Source: a phage
Reading direction: 5' to 3' (one strand)
Length of the DNA: 40,118 bases
Sequence record: PZ379598.1
Shown here: positions 18,021 through 25,176 of the stretch, in pieces
Numbering within the stretch: position 1 is the stretch's first letter
How the letters are laid out: each line of letters begins with the position of its first letter
Notes under the pieces: model-generated
Seen by the model: the letters and a program-made list of their open reading frames with translations, nothing else
Told to the model about the DNA's origin: nothing
Database searches by the model: none
Translations under genes and position numbers: made by a program

Positions 18021-19339
18021 TTAGTTTGTGAAAGATACGTTGAAGGAACGCACAGGCGTACCGTCATACCCAACAATCACCAGACCTTCCACGCCAGAGG
18101 TGGCCTTGAAGTAGAGACTGTTGGTTCTACGGGAGTAGCTAACACCATCAGGCGTAGTCACCTCAAGCAGCGACCAATCGGTCACATCTGAAAGCTCAGG
18201 GAAGTCAACCTTCAGGCTGGTTCCCACCGTAGAACTATACGTCTCTAAGGTAGGACCCTCTGTAGAGAGGGCCTTAAAGGTCGTTAACCCGCTTTCGCCG
18301 CTGTGAAAACCAGTGCGCCTGCTGCTTCTGGACGCAGACCACCGTGACCCATAGCGTACTTACCAACAATCAGGTCGCCCTGAGCATCGACGTCACGGTC
18401 ACGTTCCAGCGCCAAGTCACGCAGCTTAACAGTACCTACAGCAGAACGGTGAGAGAACAGGCCCACAACGTTGTCCAGAGCAACTTTAACATCACCAGTA
18501 GCAGTAGCAGTAGCTGGGAAGGCGTGCTTCTGACCAGTCGCAATAGTGATACCATCGGCACCACGAGTTTCCCCAGCACCACCCTGAGTCAAGTGTGGAA
18601 CTTCAACAACCACGAAGCCCATTACGTTACGGATGTTACCAGTCTCTGGGTCAATCAGCGCAGCATAGTTAGCAGCGTTCGGCATCAGAGCCGCGAGGAT
18701 TGCAGAGTAGTTGTCCGGCGTGGTGTAGAAGTAACGGTCGCCAGCAGGAACGTAGTTGGATGTCAGCTTCGCACGAGCAATGGTCAGTTGACCGATGATT
18801 GCTTCACCCAGCTTAGCCGGAGTGTTCAGGTCTGCTTTAGTACCAACTTCCAGCACAGACGCTTTGCCAAGACCAGCGATGTTTTCATCAGATGCAGCCG
18901 GTAGGTTACACAGAATAGCCATCTCAGCCAGTACCGCACCATCGGCAGCGATAGCCAGAGCTTCGCCCAACTGGTTGGAGTACTCGCCAGCCACGTCATA
19001 GTGGTTCATCGCGTCTTCAATGTCGAAAATCATCACATCGGCAGTCAGCAGACCATCAATGGTAATCACTTTCTCGGTATGTTTGATACCTTTACGCTTA
19101 TCGGACAGTCGCTCACCCGGAGCCAGATACACACCAGAGGTGCGACCCATGACCGGGAACTGAGCAGACTTACCGTTCTGAATGGTACGGACAATATGCT
19201 TGTCAGCAGTTACAGAGCGGCGAGTGAATGCTGTCAGGACTTCGCCAGCAAAGACCTTCAGGAACAACGCCAGAGCGTCGGAACCAGATTTGCCTTTACC
19301 TTGGTCTGTACCAACTTTCTGACCCGGAACGTTTGCCAT
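18021..19339 (-). CDS. gp10B: Minor capsid protein 10B produced by -1 programmed frameshift
   Basis: The 10A frame contains G GTT TTC (plus strand 18305-18311) 8 codons before its stop, the same heptamer I recall for the T7 gene 10 shift site. The -1 frame is open from there to 18021, adding about 95 aa and joining the 68-aa track ORF 18021..18227. Confidence 0.7.
18284..19339 (-). CDS. gp10A: Major capsid protein (T7 gp10A-like)
   Basis: 351 aa; strong identity with recalled T7 gp10A (LALFLKVF.GEVLTAF, KSAQFPV.GRT, HTEKVITIDGLLTADV, NAANYAALIDPE.G.IRNVMGF, RSAVGTVKLRDLALER, KYAMGHGGLRPEAAGA). Confidence 0.95.
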   Translation of the reverse strand: MANVPGQKVGTDQGKGKSGSDALALFLKVFAGEVLTAFTRRSVTADKHIVRTIQNGKSAQFPVMGRTSGVYLAPGERLSDKRKGIKHTEKVITIDGLLTADVMIFDIEDAMNHYDVAGEYSNQLGEALAIAADGAVLAEMAILCNLPAASDENIAGLGKASVLEVGTKADLNTPAKLGEAIIGQLTIARAKLTSNYVPAGDRYFYTTPDNYSAILAALMPNAANYAALIDPETGNIRNVMGFVVVEVPHLTQGGAGETRGADGITIATGQKHAFPATATATGDVKVALDNVVGLFSHRSAVGTVKLRDLALERDRDVDAQGDLIVGKYAMGHGGLRPEAAGALVFTAAKAG

Positions 19340-19445
19340 ATGATAATTCTCCTATTCAATTGAAAGATAAAGTTTATTACTTACTGTATGCCCAATCCGT
19401 ATGGACTGAAGTAATAGGGAAACCTTGAGTCTTTCTCTTGGTCTC

Positions 19446-19463
19446 CCTATAGTGATAGTTTAG
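19446..19463 (-). promoter_or_regulatory. Phage RNAP promoter (phi10 analogue, strong class)
   Basis: Plus-strand CCTATAGTGATAGTTTAG; minus strand reads CACTATAGGGAGACC, and the leader begins with a GGAGACC...GGTTTCC stem-loop like the T7 gene 10 leader. Confidence 0.85.
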
Positions 19464-19465
19464 TC

Positions 19466-20386
19466 CTACAGGCTTGAGGCAGCTACCTTAGCGCGAACTT
19501 CCATCGTGTATTTAGCGTCACGCAGGTATCGCGGGTCACTCATAGCCTTAATCATGTCAGCCTTGGAGCTGAATGCTTCGGTCTGAGGAGCCTTAGGTGC
19601 GACCACAGGTTTAGCCTGAGTGGTGATGGTACGCTGAGGTTTAACACCCACAGCTTTACCCAGAGTCTTGCCAGCCAGATTCAGCAGAGCTTTGGTAGTC
19701 GCAATGTCCTTACGAACGATGGCAGCTTCCAATGCTTCACGAGTTGACGGGTCGTTGGACTCAAGGTGTGACAGGATGCGATTAAACTGTTCAGCACCAC
19801 CAGCGTAGCGAACCACACCAGCGGCATACTGTTCAGCCAGAGCTTCCTGACCACGGACAAACGAATCTACGAAGCGCTTGGTGTAACCTGCTTCCTGCAA
19901 CTTAGCGTAGGATGCGTCAGACAGCTTACCGTCCTTGGCGTATTCAGCCTTGATAGCGGTAATTTCATCAGCAGTGACCTTGCCAGCTTCTACAGCAGAA
20001 GACACCATGTCGTCAAATGCAGCTTCGTTTTCATCCAGAGCGGTGACACTTTCGGTCAGCTCTTTCGGTGCATCACCTAGTTCGACGAACTCAGGTTGTT
20101 CACCATCGGTATCAGACTCTTCATAGTCATCGGACCCATGGTCTTCATCACCTTCAGTCTCTTCGACGTTCTCGTCTTCTTCGGCAGCCTCTTCGTTTTC
20201 GGCTTCCAGTTGCTTGAAGGTAATAGCGTCGTCGCCATCACGTACCGCTACGTCCTGTTCAAGCATAGACTTCTGGTGTTCGTTCAGGTCCTCAACGGAG
20301 CCAGTGATTGCATTAGGGCTAACGCCGAACTCGGCATAAACTGATTGGGACATTAAGTCTCTCCTTTGGTAGTTAATAGGTAACAC
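19466..20386 (-). CDS. gp9: Capsid assembly (scaffolding) protein (T7 gp9-like)
   Basis: 306 aa, highly acidic (Glu/Asp-rich centre), located between portal and capsid genes. Confidence 0.85.
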   Translation of the reverse strand: MLPINYQRRDLMSQSVYAEFGVSPNAITGSVEDLNEHQKSMLEQDVAVRDGDDAITFKQLEAENEEAAEEDENVEETEGDEDHGSDDYEESDTDGEQPEFVELGDAPKELTESVTALDENEAAFDDMVSSAVEAGKVTADEITAIKAEYAKDGKLSDASYAKLQEAGYTKRFVDSFVRGQEALAEQYAAGVVRYAGGAEQFNRILSHLESNDPSTREALEAAIVRKDIATTKALLNLAGKTLGKAVGVKPQRTITTQAKPVVAPKAPQTEAFSSKADMIKAMSDPRYLRDAKYTMEVRAKVAASSL

Positions 20387-20433
20387 CTGCCTCGTCTAGT
20401 TGACTCACCTAGAGTTGGACTTACGGTGTTGTT

Positions 20434-20452
20434 CCTATAGTGATAGTTTAGG
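20434..20452 (-). promoter_or_regulatory. Phage RNAP promoter (phi9 analogue)
   Basis: Plus-strand CCTATAGTGATAGTTTAGG, overlapping the portal gene 3' end. Confidence 0.8.
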
Positions 20453-22016
20453 CTTGAGCCATGTCCTCACCAGCTCCCTGACCTACAGCAGCACCCATGT
20501 TAGCACCAGCAGCACTAGCACCTTGGACAACTGCCTGTTGTGACGACTGCTCAGCCATGCGCTGAATCTTCTCGTCTTGCGTCAGGAGTAGGCCAGCGGT
20601 GTCGATACCCAGAGCGTTCAGGAGTCGCAGCTTAAGGGTCGGCAAATTGATGTCCGGGTCCTGAGATAGCGGCTGAAGACCAGTCATCATGTTAACCGCC
20701 TGAGTCAGCTTCTCCAAGTCCTGACCACGGCCCAGAGCTTCCAGACCAGTTGAGACAGTAGGCTCTACCGCTTCTTTCGGAAGGTCAGGAATCATGCCAG
20801 CAGACTGAAGTTGGTTCATCAGCACACGGACGATAGGTAACTGAAGCTCTTGTGACTGTACTGAGTACACGCCACCTAAGGTCGCCTCCAGTTCGCCAGC
20901 AACATAACGAATCTCTTCAGCAGTGACACGCTCTGCATTACGCTGAACAGCACTATTAAGAAGGAAGGCCCAGCCTAAACGTTGCTCGATAGCGTCAGCC
21001 ACCGACTTGGCAATCGTAAAGTCCTGACCTTTCGTCAGTTGCAGGAAGTTGATGTCCTCAACGCGACCAGCCACGAACTCACCTGTAGCCGCCTTGTTCA
21101 GACGACGAGGTTGCGTGATACCGTTCGGGTTAACGAGACCCACCACCTTGGAGGCTACCTTAGCCATTTTGGTAATAGCTTCTGTAATCGTCTCCAGCGA
21201 GTTCAGGTCTCCCAGATACTCCTCGCAGTAGGAACGACCATAGTCTTCACCATCCAGTCGAACCATTCGTACCGGGATGTATGGACATGCAGTCAGTGGG
21301 TAGGAACCCTCGGTCCCTGCTACCTCAATGCCTTCCACTTCCTCATAACGTAGATACTCGTCGTCTTGACGGTAGATGTGCGTATATACTTCCAGCTCTG
21401 TGTCAGGCTCATAGTCGTCTGCGTTGAGTTGTGACTTAACGTCTTCCGGTAGAGCACTAAACGCTACCTTGTCGAGAGTCACAATCTGCAAGATATTACC
21501 GAAAGCATCGCGTTGAACAACGTAGGACACTAAGCGGTACATTCGCATAGGACTGTAAGTACCCTGTTCAGGCTCTGGAATGTAAAGCAGACAGTTACCG
21601 GAGACGATAAGCTGCTTCAGAGCTTCGAACAATGGCACACGGAAACTGTTAGTCTCCATGTAGGCCATCAACACACGCTCGACCATAGCAAGCCCTTCGT
21701 CAACACGAGCAGCAGCCTCTGAGTCCTGACTCAAGGTCTTGGCCTCATATTCGGAGACTGTCAGTCGCATCCACGGTGACTGAGGGAATAACGCCAACAT
21801 CAGCTTTGCAGCCAAGTTGTTCAAGCAGCGAGCACCTACAGCTTGCCACGGAGTGGTATATTCAGTAGACGAGTTGTCTGATTCCTTAGGAAACAGTGAC
21901 GGGATAGTGACAGCAGCACAGTTCTGTGCGCGGGTCTCGTAAGGCTGTCGTCCGTTCTTCAATCTATCATAAACTGACTTAGCGCCTTCAGCAGCGAACC
22001 CTTCACGTTCAGCCAT
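20448..22016 (-). CDS. gp8: Portal (head-tail connector) protein (T7 gp8-like)
   Basis: 522 aa, at the gene 8 position directly upstream of scaffold and capsid; size matches T7 gp8 (536 aa). Confidence 0.9.
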   Translation of the reverse strand: MAEREGFAAEGAKSVYDRLKNGRQPYETRAQNCAAVTIPSLFPKESDNSSTEYTTPWQAVGARCLNNLAAKLMLALFPQSPWMRLTVSEYEAKTLSQDSEAAARVDEGLAMVERVLMAYMETNSFRVPLFEALKQLIVSGNCLLYIPEPEQGTYSPMRMYRLVSYVVQRDAFGNILQIVTLDKVAFSALPEDVKSQLNADDYEPDTELEVYTHIYRQDDEYLRYEEVEGIEVAGTEGSYPLTACPYIPVRMVRLDGEDYGRSYCEEYLGDLNSLETITEAITKMAKVASKVVGLVNPNGITQPRRLNKAATGEFVAGRVEDINFLQLTKGQDFTIAKSVADAIEQRLGWAFLLNSAVQRNAERVTAEEIRYVAGELEATLGGVYSVQSQELQLPIVRVLMNQLQSAGMIPDLPKEAVEPTVSTGLEALGRGQDLEKLTQAVNMMTGLQPLSQDPDINLPTLKLRLLNALGIDTAGLLLTQDEKIQRMAEQSSQQAVVQGASAAGANMGAAVGQGAGEDMAQA

Positions 22017-22027
22017 TCGTCACCTCC

Positions 22028-22276
22028 TTATATAGAAATACCGCCACCAGATGTACGAGAGACCTGAAGGCTACGCTTACCGGAGCGCTTCACTTTCTTC
22101 TCGTCAGATGCGGTTGTTTCAGTATCCACATCCTCCACTTTGTCGTTCGGTACTTCCACTGGTGCTGCTGGGGTCTGAGCCTCAACAACCTTAGGTGCAT
22201 CGTTAGAACCAAGACCAACGGTCCCTAAAGCACCTTTTACTACTTTACTGAAGGCCTTACTGATTGATTTACCCAC
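22028..22276 (-). CDS. gp7.3: Tail/virion protein (T7 gp7.3-like)
   Basis: 82 aa; MGK N-terminus and C-terminal KRSL.VSR.SGGGI.I as in recalled T7 gp7.3. Confidence 0.75.
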   Translation of the reverse strand: MGKSISKAFSKVVKGALGTVGLGSNDAPKVVEAQTPAAPVEVPNDKVEDVDTETTASDEKKVKRSGKRSLQVSRTSGGGISI

Positions 22277-22673
22277 GGTTAATCTCCTTAGTTGTTACGA
22301 TGTCTACCGACCTAGAAACATGCTTGACACGAGAATACCAGCCAAGACCCCAACGCTTGCACTCTTCGTCTATGATGTGTCTGACAGTCTCAAGAACCTT
22401 GCGGGAGGACTGCGAGTCACGACGAATAGCGACGATTGAAAGGTCAAGACCAGGAGTCGGTCGGTGCCAAGATGTGGTAGCCAGCATGTAGAGATACGCT
22501 ACTGGTTGACCTGAGACATCGTAGATTGTGTACTCTTCACCGTCGAACTCGTCAGCAATACGGTAAGTATGAGCCTTGAAGTCCTCGAATGACTTGAAGT
22601 TAGACTGCCCGTCTTCCCAGAGGCGACAGGCGCACATGTGGCGACCTTCGCGTGAGTTGAGATATGGTAGCAT
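22269..22673 (-). CDS. T7 gp7-position protein (host-range/virion protein)
   Basis: 134-aa ORF between the gp6.7 and gp7.3 homologues; positional assignment (T7 gp7 is 133 aa). Confidence 0.65.
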   Translation of the reverse strand: MLPYLNSREGRHMCACRLWEDGQSNFKSFEDFKAHTYRIADEFDGEEYTIYDVSGQPVAYLYMLATTSWHRPTPGLDLSIVAIRRDSQSSRKVLETVRHIIDEECKRWGLGWYSRVKHVSRSVDIVTTKEINRG

Positions 22674-22677
22674 TGTC

Positions 22678-22902
22678 TTACCCCATGTTTACGCCAGAGG
22701 CTCGCATAGCGCGGCTCACTGACGATTTATCTTTAGGTGCAGACTCCTTCTTAACCTTAAGGTCTTTGATACCTTTGGTCTCGTTTGTGTCCACATCCGA
22801 TTCAGCCCCGATGTCAACTGACGCAACTTCCTCACTCAGGGGTGCTGGTTCAGGTGCTTGGACAGAAGGCTTCGGAGTGCTAATCTTTGGACTGAAACAC
22901 AT
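22678..22902 (-). CDS. gp6.7: Virion protein (T7 gp6.7-like)
   Basis: 74 aa; N-terminal MCFSPKI and EPAPL as in recalled T7 gp6.7. Confidence 0.8.
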   Translation of the reverse strand: MCFSPKISTPKPSVQAPEPAPLSEEVASVDIGAESDVDTNETKGIKDLKVKKESAPKDKSSVSRAMRASGVNMG

Positions 22903-22916
22903 AGTCCCTCCTACAG

Positions 22917-23189
22917 TTAATCGAACTGAACGGTATCTTTCAGCTCACGACGCATAGCAACCGCAGAGTCGAGAGTGTCAGAGCAATACTGGAGACCCTT
23001 GATGAACCCGGCAATGAACGCATCGCTGTAGCCTTGCTGCTTGAGGAGACTGATAGCTCCCATCTTCTCAGCGTAGCTTGCGTTGAACAATACGTGCAGG
23101 AACTGGATGGCAGACTGGGAGATGTTAGGGACATCAAGTCTTTCTTCCTGTAACTGCTTAACAACGTTTTCAATAGCATTAATCGCCAT
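22917..23189 (-). CDS. gp6.5: T7 gp6.5-like protein
   Basis: 90 aa; the central motif QGYSDAFI.G.I.GL.Y resembles recalled T7 gp6.5; position matches. Confidence 0.65.
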   Translation of the reverse strand: MAINAIENVVKQLQEERLDVPNISQSAIQFLHVLFNASYAEKMGAISLLKQQGYSDAFIAGFIKGLQYCSDTLDSAVAMRRELKDTVQFD

Positions 23190-23252
23190 CTTGAATCTCC
23201 TTTAAGTTAAGACTAAAGTCTATCTTATAGTAATATCTTAGGTCCTAAAGTC

Positions 23253-23270
23253 CCTATAGTGATAGTTTAG
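23253..23270 (-). promoter_or_regulatory. Phage RNAP promoter (phi6.5 analogue), followed by a degenerate second copy at about 23225-23242
   Basis: Plus-strand CCTATAGTGATAGTTTAG; 30 bp further along the minus strand lies CTTATAGTAATATCTTAGG, matching 13 of 18 consensus positions. Confidence 0.8.
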
Positions 23271-23323
23271 TGTTTCACCTATGGATGACTGTCGGATTGA
23301 TAGGATATGACTATCTGTTAGAC

Positions 23324-23416
23324 TCAGTGTTTAGGACGGTTGTTCGACCCGAACCACTTGTACATGCAGTAAAGGGCCAGAAGTCCGACCCAGTAAATTA
23401 CATGGATGGTGTCCAT
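23324..23416 (-). CDS. Small hydrophobic ORF (30 aa), gene 6.3-position
   Basis: Hand-found ORF MDTIHVIYWVGLLALYCMYKWFGSNNRPKH with AAGGAGGT 6 nt upstream of the ATG; overlaps the exonuclease 3' end in another frame. Coordinates +/-2 nt. Confidence 0.4.
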   Translation of the reverse strand: MDTIHVIYWVGLLALYCMYKWFGSNNRPKH

Positions 23417-24264
23417 AGGATGACCTCCTTGGACTTAGGGTCGTAGTCGGAGGCTCGGCAAATACGAGCTACCTGAGCTTGGACCAGAAGTTCCTCCTCG
23501 GTCATCCCAGCTTTAGCAGCCAGAGTCACCATGCAGTCCCACAGCGTCATGTCTTCACGCTTAGGATACTTCTTCCACTCAGTCTTAATCTGGCCTTTGT
23601 TCTTTCCAGTCTTAAGCTCACGGCTCTCCTGCACGAAGTAGTACGGCTCGTCAAGGAACGCACGAGTGGTGTCCTCACCCATCCCCAGAATCCCGCCGTA
23701 GCCATCTGTAGTGTCACCCTTGATGGTCTGCTCCATGTGCCAGTAGTCTGCCTCAGCAGTCGTATGACTCAGAATTTCACCAGTGGTTAACCAGAAGAAC
23801 TCACAGTTCGGGATGGTCTTGAAGTCCTTGTCACAGGACACCAGAACCGCATGGTCACATCCGACAATCTGAGGTCTGGTCCCGATGATACCCATACAGT
23901 CATCACCCTCAAGCGTTGGACGCAGGAAGCTGTTGAACCGTGGGTCAGCCATCACTTCGGCTACGAACTTCTTGTAACCTACAGGCTTGCGAGAACCCTT
24001 ACGGTTAGCCTTATAGGTAGGTAGGACGTCCTTACGCCAGTTGTAATCGTCAGTGAAGCACATCACAATCTTAGCGTCTTTCCACGCCTTGCGCTTCTTA
24101 ACGATTTCAGCGATGGTGTTCTCAAGGATACGACGAGCCTTTGCATGGTCGCAGATAAGGGTCCAGATGTCATCGCCCCAGTCAGTCTCGTCCTCGGCAG
24201 CAGCCATAGATGAAAACACTAAGTAGTCACCATCTAACACAAGAGCTATTTTCTTTTCGCTCAC
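23398..24264 (-). CDS. gp6: 5'-3' exonuclease (T7 gp6-like)
   Basis: Strong identity with recalled T7 gp6 (CDHAKAR.ILE, KAW, NWRK...YKANRK, KPVGY, LEGDD.MG.I, SCDKDFKTIPNC, TIKGD.TDGY.GI, LWDC, AKAGMTEE). Likely start is GTG at about 24264 (GGAGG 6 nt upstream, GTGA overlap with the gp5.7 stop); the track ORF extends to 24318. Confidence 0.9.
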   Translation of the reverse strand: MSEKKIALVLDGDYLVFSSMAAAEDETDWGDDIWTLICDHAKARRILENTIAEIVKKRKAWKDAKIVMCFTDDYNWRKDVLPTYKANRKGSRKPVGYKKFVAEVMADPRFNSFLRPTLEGDDCMGIIGTRPQIVGCDHAVLVSCDKDFKTIPNCEFFWLTTGEILSHTTAEADYWHMEQTIKGDTTDGYGGILGMGEDTTRAFLDEPYYFVQESRELKTGKNKGQIKTEWKKYPKREDMTLWDCMVTLAAKAGMTEEELLVQAQVARICRASDYDPKSKEVILWTPSM

Positions 24265-24470
24265 AGGCATCCTCCATGTTGGTTCAGGAACTTGGTGCCA
24301 GCAGCGGTAATCTCCCACGCACCGTTGTTACGCCCGTCCATAGACAGACAGCTCAGATGTCCACGACTCGCAGCCTCAGCCACCAGTGCCGCATTGTTGC
24401 GCACGTAGTTGGACTGGAAGGTCTTCGGGCAGGACTTAAGGGCCGCTAGGACCCGTAAGTATTCACTCAT
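24261..24470 (-). CDS. gp5.7: T7 gp5.7-like protein
   Basis: 69 aa; near-identical to recalled T7 gp5.7 (MS.YL.VL.A.KSCPKTFQSNYVRNNA.LVAEAASRGH.SCL...GRN.GAWEITA.GT.FL...GGC). Confidence 0.9.
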   Translation of the reverse strand: MSEYLRVLAALKSCPKTFQSNYVRNNAALVAEAASRGHLSCLSMDGRNNGAWEITAAGTKFLNQHGGCL

Positions 24471-24760
24471 TGCTTGACCTCGAATCGCAGGTTAGATACT
24501 CCGAACTGGTCATAACCAAAGTCGTCTACCAGCTCCTCCTTGATGGTCTTCTTGAGGGCAATTTCAAGGGCAGACTCAGGGCCTGACTCGATTGCGGTTT
24601 TGACCAGAGCCAACTGAAGACCATCCAGCTTCTCACCCTCAGCGTAGGCTTTAGTCATCTCAGCCAGTTGGCGACACATGGTATCTTCTTCCTTTGAGTT
24701 AACAACCATCTTCAGATCAAAACTCACACGAATACGTTTAGTAATAGCCATTAGTGACAC
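24467..24760 (-). CDS. gp5.5: T7 gp5.5-like protein (in T7, binds host H-NS)
   Basis: 97 aa; position and the N-terminal MA.TK...VSFD pattern match my recollection of gp5.5, with moderate certainty. Confidence 0.6.
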   Translation of the reverse strand: MSLMAITKRIRVSFDLKMVVNSKEEDTMCRQLAEMTKAYAEGEKLDGLQLALVKTAIESGPESALEIALKKTIKEELVDDFGYDQFGVSNLRFEVKQ

Positions 24761-25176
24761 TCCTTCTTAACAAGTTTGCGCTCACGGTTCGTCTTAATGA
24801 CGTGTTCGCGTTTTGTAATACACTGTAGATGCTCTATGTTGCAGCACCCACGGTTCAAGCACAAATGGTCTATTTCGTAGCCATTTGGTATAGGTCCGCG
24901 CTTCTGCTCCCACACCCATCGGTGGAACATGAAGGCGAACTTGTTGCCCTTCCTGTAGCTTCCCATGGAGTACCGGAAGTACCCATCTTGGTTCCTCTTG
25001 TGGGACACGCAGACGATACATCCGGTAGGCATGGTGTGGAAGCGTATGGTCTGGGTTCGAGGGTCAATGACACTCTTTCCACGTTGGTCCAATCTTACCC
25101 TCCGTATCAAGTTCACACTTGAAGTTATAGAAGCGTCCGACCTCGCGCATCGCCTCTTGAGCAATACGGACGACAT
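24751..25176 (-). CDS. HNH homing endonuclease overlapping the DNA polymerase 3' end
   Basis: 141 aa with an HNH core (CIVCVSHKRNQDGYFRY...FHRWVWEQKRGPIPNGYEIDHLCLNRGCCNIEHL); AGGAGA upstream of the ATG at 25176. The first ~113 nt overlap the polymerase C-terminal codons in another frame. Confidence 0.75.
   Translation of the reverse strand: MSSVLLKRRCARSDASITSSVNLIRRVRLDQRGKSVIDPRTQTIRFHTMPTGCIVCVSHKRNQDGYFRYSMGSYRKGNKFAFMFHRWVWEQKRGPIPNGYEIDHLCLNRGCCNIEHLQCITKREHVIKTNRERKLVKKECH

Noticed and set aside
14640-23280. Recurring 18-bp repeat units that could superficially resemble a dispersed repeat family or CRISPR-like repeats
   Set aside because: The copies are kilobases apart, each sits in an intergenic slot upstream of a gene, and they match the single-subunit RNAP promoter architecture; they are promoters, not a CRISPR array or mobile element.
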